Shown: positions 8,901 through 15,865 of the stretch, in pieces
Layout: the number at the start of each line of letters is the position of its first letter
How positions within the stretch are numbered: the stretch's first letter is position 1
Origin: a virus
Lineage: Duplodnaviria > Heunggongvirae > Uroviricota > Caudoviricetes
Strand: one strand, 5' to 3'
IMG/VR virus record: IMGVR_UViG_3300008255_000105
DNA length: 46,908 bases
The notes under the pieces: generated by a model
What the model was told of the DNA's origin: nothing
The model's input: the letters and a program-made list of their open reading frames with translations, nothing else
The model's database searches: none
Translations under genes and position numbers: made by a program

Positions 8901-9308
8901 CTAATGCCATTTATATGGGCGTTCAGCCGGCCCAATGATCTTGTCAACAGGGAAATATCTTTCCCGTCCCCATCCTTCTGCACCATAAACGATAACATTT
9001 TGAACACCAATAGTTTGAATTCTAAAAATATCACCTTCAACTTCTTTATCTATGTCGGTGTCGGAAATGTCAATCTTAACAAAATCATCACAAGAATAAA
9101 TAGTCTCACCTTGTTTGCATCCATCTAGAAAAACAATTTGGATGCAATCATCACAAATGTTCCCTTTAAAATCTACCATGTCAAAACGACTACCAAAACC
9201 AGGTCTAAAATTGAATTGATGGTTCTCTGGAATTTCCACCTGATGTTCTTTCCCACAGATCGTACATTTAAGGGTTTCCATTTCTTTCTCTTTCTCTTTC
9301 TCTTTCAA
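8901..9308 (-). CDS. Hypothetical CxxC-containing protein (alternative ATG about 9281)
   Basis: CTIC ... ICDDC motifs. Confidence 0.65.
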   Translation of the reverse strand: MKEKEKEKEMETLKCTICGKEHQVEIPENHQFNFRPGFGSRFDMVDFKGNICDDCIQIVFLDGCKQGETIYSCDDFVKIDISDTDIDKEVEGDIFRIQTIGVQNVIVYGAEGWGRERYFPVDKIIGPAERPYKWH

Positions 9309-9380
9309 TGGGAAGAGCAGGAATTGAACCTGCGACGCCCGCTGCTTCGAAGCGGCGCTCTACCCCTGAGCTATCTCCCC
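9309..9380 (-). tRNA. tRNA-Phe(GAA) with atypical anticodon loop (C33, G37)
   Basis: GGGGAGA/TCTTCCC acceptor, CCGCT-TC GAA GC-AGCGG, canonical spacing. Confidence 0.8.
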
Positions 9381-9466
9381 AAAACAACTAACCAAACTTC
9401 AACTTCTTCTTCAATTATAGAGTTTAAATTTTTCCATTATTCTAATGAAAAATTCTAATCAGTGAC

Positions 9467-9514
9467 AAGATTTACTAAATTCGTGGCTATCGTTCATGGC
9501 CACCGTCCTGTTCC
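9467..9514 (-). ncRNA. Small RNA copy 1 (paralogue of 11401-11447)
   Basis: Begins 7 nt after an extended -10; GTGG/CCAC hairpin and conserved 3' module. Confidence 0.55.
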
Positions 9515-9520
9515 ATCCCT

Positions 9521-9531
9521 ATTATACCACA
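9521..9531 (-). promoter_or_regulatory. Extended -10 promoter
   Basis: TGTGGTATAAT. Confidence 0.7.
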
Positions 9532-9931
9532 CAGCGACAGATTCTTAATTGGAATTTTTGGAAGAAAAAATTTTATTTTTTAAATCAATTATACATAAAC
9601 CATCTGTTGCTTTTGCTCTTTCTCTTAAAGAAATAGGTCATGGTTCTGCTTGCCTTGTTTCAAAGAAATAAATATAATCATTAAAACTAACAACCAAATC
9701 GGGATGTTTAACATGTTTCCCTCTCTCCCTCAAGGTTCTTTTATACAAATTTTTATTCATCTGTTCAAAAATCTAATATTTCATCCTAAAAAAAGATAAA
9801 AACTTTTTACATGTTCTCCTTTTGCTTCTTTGAAAATCTTGGTAAATCTTCTTTTTCTATTTTCATTTAATTTTTCCCAACTTAAATGTTGGGCTTAATT
9901 TTCTGACAAATTTTCCACCATATTTAATCAT

Positions 9932-10234
9932 TCAAGTTTTTGTTTCTTCTTCTGCTTCAACTGTTTTACCTTCATGCCCCTCGACATATCCATATTGATC
10001 TAAACAGGCTATGCCGACTGCAACAACTTGAACAATTTCTGAAAGCATATCTTCTGAAACATCTTTTGTTGGTCCTTGGAACCAAGCCTCTTTTGCTTCT
10101 TGAAGTTCTCTTTCCATGATTGTAACCCATTCGAGAATTGAATGGGGATTTTCTTCAACACCACCCCATTTTTCGTCTTGAAAATCTCTTTCACGATTCA
10201 CAGCACCGTAGATATCATCTCTTTTGAATCTCAT
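9932..10234 (-). CDS. MazG-like NTP pyrophosphohydrolase-fold protein
   Basis: EWVTIMERELQEAKEAW ... SEIVQVVAVGIACL pattern (ExxE ... EhhQhhAV). Confidence 0.6.
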   Translation of the reverse strand: MRFKRDDIYGAVNRERDFQDEKWGGVEENPHSILEWVTIMERELQEAKEAWFQGPTKDVSEDMLSEIVQVVAVGIACLDQYGYVEGHEGKTVEAEEETKT

Positions 10235-10254
10235 GTTTAACTCCTTTTGTTAGC

Positions 10255-10650
10255 TCAATCTTCACAATCTTCGCAATTTTCGTCTTCTCCACAACAACAT
10301 GAAAATTGATTTTTACAAGCTTCATCAACCCAATAGGGAACCCATTTCATCCCTAAAGCATTTGGTAATTCATTTTTCACAAATTCAACAGATTCTGACC
10401 ACTTAATGTTTTCAACAATAACTTTTCTCCCAGCCAAGAGAGCCATAAAATAACCCAAATCATCTTCATCTTCTGTCCAAGCTGGTTGTGTTTGGTCAAA
10501 TTCATTAACTGATGTAAAATAAGAATCCTCTATATCATTTTCACTTAAATAATTGAGATACTCTTGTTCTTCCAAACCTTTTTCTTCTGCTTCTTTGGAG
10601 AATCTCTGTGATTCATCCAAAAACCGTTGAACCTTCTCTTCTTTCGTCAT
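10255..10650 (-). CDS. Hypothetical acidic protein with Cys-rich tail
   Basis: 131-aa ORF, CCCGEDENCEDC C-terminus. Confidence 0.65.
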   Translation of the reverse strand: MTKEEKVQRFLDESQRFSKEAEEKGLEEQEYLNYLSENDIEDSYFTSVNEFDQTQPAWTEDEDDLGYFMALLAGRKVIVENIKWSESVEFVKNELPNALGMKWVPYWVDEACKNQFSCCCGEDENCEDCED

Positions 10651-11012
10651 GGCGCTTTCCCTTCTTCTAGGATTTTTTCCAGTTCAAAATCAAACTCTTC
10701 ACCTGTCATCTTTTTAATTTCCAATTCTAAATCTTGAATTCCATCTTTGTGTTCTATTAAAAATCTTATATTATCTGAAACTTTATTTATTTTTTCTAAA
10801 TTCTTTTCTTTGTTTTTTTCATTAAAATAAGAACCTAAAAGAAAAAAACAACCAACAGGGCCTAAAATCACAACACCTAAACTTGCGAGGAAGATAGTAA
10901 AAAAGACAGAATCATAAAACACATTTTTAACAATGAATGATGAAATATCTTTAAAAACAATTCCAAGAACAAAGGCCCCTGTCAAAAACCAAGTGATATC
11001 AGTTGGATGCAT
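10647..11012 (-). CDS. Hypothetical membrane protein
   Basis: Two hydrophobic helices; ATGA overlap with the next gene. Confidence 0.7.
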   Translation of the reverse strand: MHPTDITWFLTGAFVLGIVFKDISSFIVKNVFYDSVFFTIFLASLGVVILGPVGCFFLLGSYFNEKNKEKNLEKINKVSDNIRFLIEHKDGIQDLELEIKKMTGEEFDFELEKILEEGKAP

Positions 11013-11106
11013 TGTGTTCTCCTAATCTTTCCCTTCTTTTAGAATCTTTTCCAACACAATTCTTGGCCAATCTTTAAAGACAAGCTCGCTATTCAATCTC
11101 CATTTT

Positions 11107-11334
11107 TCATCTTCTGGAATGTGTGAATTCTCTCTCACAAATTGAAGCCGGTCGAATTTCCTCAAATGTGAACGGGGATGTTATAGCATTCTCGACTTTC
11201 TGGAGCCATTCATTAAATTGTTCAAGATCGGGAACTTCATCGAGAGTGGAATCAAAAAAGATTTCTTCTCCGTCCTCAGTGATGAAGGATTCCTTGGTTA
11301 TTTTCACGACTGTCATTTTATTTTCTCCGTTCAT
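11107..11334 (-). CDS. Hypothetical protein
   Basis: 75-aa ORF; internal ATG with GGAG RBS. Confidence 0.55.
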   Translation of the reverse strand: MNGENKMTVVKITKESFITEDGEEIFFDSTLDEVPDLEQFNEWLQKVENAITSPFTFEEIRPASICEREFTHSRR

Positions 11335-11400
11335 ATAGTATACTTCTAGTATTATATGAAAAACTACTTCAATTCGGCAATATTTTTACCGATATTTTTC

Positions 11401-11447
11401 AAGATTTACTAAGTTCGTGGCTATCGCTTGTAACCACCGGAACAGGA
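11401..11447 (-). ncRNA. Small RNA copy 2
   Basis: AAGATTTACTAAGTTCGTGGCTATCG is 25/26 identical to 9467-9492; same GTGG/CCAC hairpin. Confidence 0.55.
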
Positions 11448-11574
11448 GCAACCCAGACTTGGAATAAAAAAATGTCTAATCTTCAGTTGAAGGAGTCAAG
11501 GGAATCAAAATAGATTCTTTAAATTTATCTATCTTTTTCTTTGTTATAATCCCATTCTCTCATTTTGACTCCAA

Positions 11575-11940
11575 TTAATCCCACCAAAATCTAACCACAG
11601 TTTCAGGGACTTCATTGCCTTGGTCAGAAGATACTAGATCAACCCAATCAAATTCATCTGGTCTAGAATGTTTAATTAATTCCATTGCGTTAATAAACAA
11701 AGAGGCATTTTCAACCGATACACTTGGATCATTATTTATTTCAAAAACAAAAGTGTACTTGTCATTAACCCAACCACCGATTTTTGAGTCTTCATCAATC
11801 AAATCTACAGGAATAATAAATTTTTCTAAATCTAATTCTTCTAAAAGACGAATAAATTCTTTTCTTCCAAGAAAAGAATTAAATGGAACTCGTTCTAATT
11901 CAATTTTAGCATCAATAGTTTTTGCATTTGCTGGATTCAT
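11575..11940 (-). CDS. Hypothetical protein
   Basis: 121-aa ORF with RBS. Confidence 0.7.
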   Translation of the reverse strand: MNPANAKTIDAKIELERVPFNSFLGRKEFIRLLEELDLEKFIIPVDLIDEDSKIGGWVNDKYTFVFEINNDPSVSVENASLFINAMELIKHSRPDEFDWVDLVSSDQGNEVPETVVRFWWD

Positions 11941-11994
11941 TTTTCTTTCCTAATTCCCAATCAACATCTTCATTTATTTTGTCATGTTCCTCTT

Positions 11995-12555
11995 CTATTG
12001 AAGAATGAACTCTAATTCGCTGACCAACCAATGAAGAATCATTAAATGAAGTTCCTGGGTTATTGCCGTCCTTTGGCTTGGAACTTTTATAAAATGATCA
12101 TCTTCTTCTTTACATTTCTTTGATGTTAAGACCCAATAACTAATTCCTAATTTTTTACATTCTTTAATTGCATTTTGAATATTTTTAGAAGTTCCGCTTG
12201 TTGTAAAAAAGATACAAACACCACAAACTTTTGAAAAGCTTTTGATGTTTCTTGAAATTGAATTTTCGTAACCATAATCATTAGATATTGCTGAAAGCTC
12301 TGCTAAATTTGAATTTAGGTTGATTGCAGGATAGCCATCACGATCCTCTTCAAATCTACCTGTCAATTCTGCAATAAAATGTTCTGATTGTGCTGCTGAT
12401 CCACCATTCCCAGCAGAACAGATAATTTGATTGTTCTCATAAGCACTCAAGCAATCGGATAACATCTTTCCCAATTGTTTGTTTATTTCTTCGTCGTTAA
12501 GAAGTTGAAGAGAATAAGAACAAATAGCCCTAACTGATATCTCTAATTTTTTCAC
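11995..12555 (-). CDS. gmhA: Phosphoheptose (sedoheptulose-7-P) isomerase, SIS domain
   Basis: SAGNGGSAAQSEHFIAELTGRF, ISNDYGYE, TTSGTSKNI, TQELHLMILH; GTG 12555 overlaps the upstream TGA. Confidence 0.9.
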   Translation of the reverse strand: MKKLEISVRAICSYSLQLLNDEEINKQLGKMLSDCLSAYENNQIICSAGNGGSAAQSEHFIAELTGRFEEDRDGYPAINLNSNLAELSAISNDYGYENSISRNIKSFSKVCGVCIFFTTSGTSKNIQNAIKECKKLGISYWVLTSKKCKEEDDHFIKVPSQRTAITQELHLMILHWLVSELEFILQ

Positions 12556-12863
12556 GAAATCTCCTCTTCGTTGCAAAATTCACAAATCCAAACAAAGATA
12601 TCTTTGTTTGGATTCAGGAACCAAATGATTTTTTCTAGAAAATTCAAACCCTTGGGTTTAATTGGATTTTTCTTTTTCAGATATGTTTTAGAGTCACCAC
12701 AATGAACACACTTTTTAGAACCAGAGGGGTGTGAAACGATTAAAACCTCACGGCCAACACAAGGTCCACCGATGAATTCCTTTTCTATAAGGCTAAAATA
12801 ATCCAAAGTGGGGAACATATCTACGATGTTCCCCACTAAACACTTTGTATTTCCTAAATACAT
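12552..12863 (-). CDS. Hypothetical Zn-ribbon protein
   Basis: CVHC ... CEFC. Confidence 0.65.
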   Translation of the reverse strand: MYLGNTKCLVGNIVDMFPTLDYFSLIEKEFIGGPCVGREVLIVSHPSGSKKCVHCGDSKTYLKKKNPIKPKGLNFLEKIIWFLNPNKDIFVWICEFCNEEEIS

Positions 12864-12901
12864 TTATTTTTCCCCTTGTTTTTTCGATTCTGTCTGATCA
12901 G

Positions 12902-12975
12902 TCCGGGTGACTCGATTTGAACGAGCAACCTCTATCTCCCAAAGATAGCGCCCTACCAAATTGGGCTACACCCGG
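12902..12975 (-). tRNA. tRNA-Pro(TGG)
   Basis: CCGGGTG/CACCCGG acceptor, CTATC-TT TGG GA-GATAG. Confidence 0.93.
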
Positions 12976-12979
12976 GAAT

Positions 12980-13018
12980 GGTCGATCCCCCTGCCTGGGA
13001 ATTCCAAGCATATCGACC
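12980..13018 (-). other. Two-tier hairpin immediately 5' of tRNA-Pro
   Basis: GGTCGAT/ATCGACC outer stem, GCTTGG/CCAGGC inner stem; extended -10 TGTTATACT at 13042-13050. Confidence 0.5.
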
Positions 13019-13098
13019 AATTATTCCAAATTGAATAAATGAGTATAACAAATTGGACTTTTTAACGCTGGATTCGCTAATTTTTTCAAAATATTTTC

Positions 13099-13154
13099 GT
13101 GAGAATAATCAACATGAGTGATTTGTCAAGAAGTAACTCCCATTTTGACTTCAC
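13099..13154 (-). ncRNA. Scaffold-family copy B
   Basis: GTGA/TCAC ends, GAGT/ACTC inner stem, GAAGTC-N11-TACTTC. Confidence 0.65.
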
Positions 13155-13171
13155 AAAAAATCTCAATTCTA

Positions 13172-13247
13172 TGCCCCTGGCAGGAATCGAACCTGCGGCC
13201 CCGACGCTTAAAAGGCGTGTGCTCTAATCCAACTGAGCTACAGAGGC
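13172..13247 (-). tRNA. tRNA-Lys(TTT)
   Basis: GCCTCTG/CAGGGGC acceptor, loop CT TTT AA. Confidence 0.9.
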
Positions 13248-13266
13248 GAGTGTTTTCTCAATTCTA

Positions 13267-13341
13267 TGCCCCCGGCAGGAATCGAACCTGCGACCTAACG
13301 CTTAAGAGGCGTGTGCTCTAATCCAACTGAGCTACAAGGGC
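13267..13341 (-). tRNA. tRNA-Lys(CTT)
   Basis: GCCCTTG/CGGGGGC acceptor, loop CT CTT AA; near-duplicate of the neighbour. Confidence 0.9.
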
Positions 13342-13353
13342 GAAATTAATTCC

Positions 13354-13426
13354 TGCGAGAATAATCACAAACAGAGTTTTTGTTTTTTCACCTAAAGAAA
13401 GAAGTATCTGTTCACTTGACTTCGCA
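13354..13426 (-). ncRNA. Scaffold-family copy C
   Basis: TGCGA/TCGCA ends, AACAGA/TCTGTT inner stem, GAAGTC-N11-TACTTC. Confidence 0.65.
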
Positions 13427-13448
13427 AAAACATTTCTAAAATTGATAA

Positions 13449-13530
13449 TTCTGAGAATAAGCAACAGGAGGGGGAGCGAATCATTTATTGGTTTGAAATA
13501 TCAGAAGTATCTCCTATTTTGACTTCAGAA
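13449..13530 (-). ncRNA. Scaffold-family copy D
   Basis: TTCTGA/TCAGAA ends, AGGAG/CTCCT inner stem, GAAGTC-N11-TACTTC. Confidence 0.65.
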
Positions 13531-13531
13531 A

Positions 13532-13601
13532 TAGCCGAAAATGGGTTTGAGCCACTATCTCCCAACGATCTGCTGGGTGATCTTCTTTGATCTATTCGGC
13601 C
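13532..13601 (-). ncRNA. tRNA-like cloverleaf with non-canonical loops (nominal anticodon GAT)
   Basis: GGCCGAA-TA-GATC AAAGAA GATC-A-CCCAG CAGATCG TTGGG-AGAT-AGTGG CTCAAAC CCATT-TTCGGCT-A. Confidence 0.6.
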
Positions 13602-13629
13602 GTGTGGTGGTTGTTTGCTTTTATGGTTC

Positions 13630-13850
13630 AATGAGCTTTTTCCATCTTTTGCATTGCCGCTCATTTTACAAGGCTTCCACCAAGCCTCTCTCGCCTAACG
13701 GTTGTATGCGAGAGCCTCCGCAATCTTCGCTAGATGATCTTTGTGAGCAACATGGGGCATTGTTAACATCTTTAAAAAGTACAAGTCCTTTCGACATTTC
13801 TTTGACCTATACTCCCAATGCCATGTAATCATCCCCAGCTTCTAGGGGCA
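13630..13850 (-). ncRNA. Candidate multi-hairpin RNA
   Basis: Stems 13630-13665, 13671-13687, 13688-13714, about 13751-13825, 13833-13848; no credible ORF on the transcribed strand. Confidence 0.45.
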
Positions 13851-13881
13851 AAGATTTATGCAATGCTGGAATCAATCTAAA

Positions 13882-14103
13882 AACCCGAGAACAATTGGTA
13901 TGAGCAGGATTTTAGGACTTCCTTAAAACTAGTTCGTATGGTGAACCAGACCGGGAAACATTTTAACGTCTTGACCTTGACGGTTGTTTTTTAGTGCAAC
14001 ACCACTGATAGGTTTTCATTTTAAGTCGCCCTATCAGTGCGACGCCAATCACAGAGTCCATTGAAGTTAATTTTGAAGTAACTCACATCTGCGACTTCGG
14101 GTT
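13882..14103 (-). ncRNA. Scaffold-family copy F with large multibranch cargo
   Basis: AACCCGA/TCGGGTT ends, TGAG/CTCA inner stem, GAAGTC-N12-TACTTC. Confidence 0.6.
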
Positions 14104-14245
14104 CTTACATTCTTTTTGTTTTCAAGGTTCTTGAGTCTGTCTTTCGCTTTCGACCTTTTTATTTTTCGACCTAGCTAAAAGCAACAACTCAAAATGCGAT
14201 TTCTCACTCAAACAAATCTTTTCGTTTTGGTCAAATTTTATAAAA

Positions 14246-14311
14246 ACCGAGAATTAGCAGCAAGGGGGATTTTTTCATTAATAGTGAAGTATCCCTCACC
14301 TAGACTTCGGT
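14246..14311 (-). ncRNA. Scaffold-family copy E
   Basis: ACCGA/TCGGT ends, GGGAT/ATCCC inner stem, GAAGTC-N11-TACTTC; starts 7 nt after TATAAT. Confidence 0.65.
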
Positions 14312-14317
14312 ATTTTA

Positions 14318-14323
14318 ATTATA
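14318..14323 (-). promoter_or_regulatory. -10 box heading the ncRNA/tRNA cluster
   Basis: TATAAT; predicted +1 about 14311. Confidence 0.55.
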
Positions 14324-14397
14324 CAACAATTTTCGAATGTAATTAAAGTTTTTCTCAACTAATTTCAAATATCCTCTAATTTTCTCAAATTCTTTTT

Positions 14398-14450
14398 GTC
14401 GCTTTGAGGAATGACCCCAGCCACCCTCTCTCTGCGACACAGCCATTATA
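14398..14450 (-). other. -10 box followed by a ~41-nt hairpin RNA
   Basis: TATAAT 14450-14445; GTCGC/GCGAC stem starts at about +1 (14438) with inner GAGGG/TTCCTC and TGGC/GTCA pairings. Confidence 0.45.
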
Positions 14451-14635
14451 CACCAACCGAACACCTCCCCAAAAATTCCTTAAAGTATTTTTTGGAATTT
14501 TTTAGTTGGCTGAATCGAATTTAAATCAACATCTTTAAATTTAGATTCCATTTTAACAATTTTCTCTTTACATAAAGGATCAACTTTTTTAATAATTTGT
14601 AAAAGCCTATTTGTAAATTCTTTTTCTTTATTCAT

Positions 14636-15610
14636 TTATTTTCTCTCAACAAGACCTGGGACTTGGCTCCAATCATTTGGGATTGCATTTTGTTTTCCAT
14701 AATCACCATAAATATCTTGAACCGTTTTTGAATCCTCTAATGGTTTGGTTGTTTTTGCTTCACCAAGCCTAGAGAATAAGATAATCACAAAGAAAATTAA
14801 AATTAACCATCCAATTGTTTTTGTTAACCATGTAACTCCACGATGAGCAGGATGCTTACCGCTTGTCGGATCCCCCAATTCTCCACGACCTCTTCTTCTA
14901 TCTTTAATTCTATTTACCTTCTCTTCAATTTTATCCGCCACCCCATCGGCGATATCTGCTATCTTCAAACCAATCCGACCTACCAGAGTTGCCTCTAAAG
15001 CTTTTTCCGTCCACCAGGGCATAGCAAATTTATCCATCTTTTGTGTTTCTGAAAACTTATCAAAATTAACAATTTTTAATAATTCTCTTGGATTTATTTT
15101 TAAAAATTCTTTGGTTAATGGACCAATCTCATTTTTAACTGATGCAAATAATTGCTCTGCTGAATTTTGAACATTTGTTAAAATTTCAGATGTTAATGTT
15201 TTAGCATCTTTGTCTTCTAATCCAAGTGAGTTAATTCCATTTGATAGTTGACCAACCAGTGTTTCTTTTAATTGGTTGGCAGATGATAATTGATTTTGTC
15301 CTAAAACATCTTCATAATTATCAAATGGTTTAAATCCCTTTATCATTTCAAAAATATTTGGTAAGAAATTTTCACCATAATTTCCTAATTCTTGAAGGGG
15401 ATTTTCACTCGTTGCCTCTTGAACAGGTTGTGCTTCTTGGCCCCCTGGTTGTGTTCCTTGATTGCCCCCAGATCGAAGAATCCCTAAAATAGCTTGAATA
15501 GCTTGTTGATCAAATCCAGATGCTTGATCAAAATAGCCATTTTGATCAAGGACGTTTGCTTTTTTAATGCATTTCTCTAAATTAGAATAAAATCTACTCA
15601 TAGTTGTCAA
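14636..15610 (-). CDS. Hypothetical protein with C-terminal TM helix
   Basis: 324-aa ORF; TIGWLILIFFVIILF segment. Confidence 0.75.
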   Translation of the reverse strand: MTTMSRFYSNLEKCIKKANVLDQNGYFDQASGFDQQAIQAILGILRSGGNQGTQPGGQEAQPVQEATSENPLQELGNYGENFLPNIFEMIKGFKPFDNYEDVLGQNQLSSANQLKETLVGQLSNGINSLGLEDKDAKTLTSEILTNVQNSAEQLFASVKNEIGPLTKEFLKINPRELLKIVNFDKFSETQKMDKFAMPWWTEKALEATLVGRIGLKIADIADGVADKIEEKVNRIKDRRRGRGELGDPTSGKHPAHRGVTWLTKTIGWLILIFFVIILFSRLGEAKTTKPLEDSKTVQDIYGDYGKQNAIPNDWSQVPGLVERK

Positions 15611-15651
15611 TTTCTCTTTTCAGAATCAGAATTCCTTCAAAAGAAATACTA

Positions 15652-15831
15652 TCAATTTTTTAAATTCATTTTTTTAGATTTTTCGGCTTTAAGAATTTGC
15701 TTAAATATTTCAACGTTCTTTTTTGTTGGCAAACAAACGCATCTCATAACCAGACAAAATCTTGCTGCTAATCCTGCAACAACTGCCGTGCAAATCGTAC
15801 TGAATGTCGTCAGAACCGTCACGGTTTCCAT
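15652..15831 (-). CDS. Small hydrophobic protein
   Basis: ATG 15831 (METVTVL); hydrophobic N-terminus, basic tail. Confidence 0.5.
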   Translation of the reverse strand: METVTVLTTFSTICTAVVAGLAARFCLVMRCVCLPTKKNVEIFKQILKAEKSKKMNLKN

Positions 15832-15865
15832 AAGTAACACCTTTTCCCTTCAAATTAAGGGTCAA

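Noticed and set aside
11490-11573. Seventh scaffold copy (ends TTTTGACTCC; GGAGTCAA/TTGACTCC inverted repeat)
   Set aside because: Lacks GAAGTA at the fixed spacing and the GAGAAT left arm; only an 8-bp inverted repeat
13605-13925. tmRNA (GGGGATGATT...) or RNase P RNA (AAGGAAGTCC)
   Set aside because: No TTCGAC after the 5' G-run, no matching Ala-type 3' end, and no RNase P CR-V partner sequence
8313-14311. CRISPR array explanation for the dispersed repeats
   Set aside because: Copies are irregularly spaced, divergent in sequence and enclose rather than flank the variable parts; no cas genes seen
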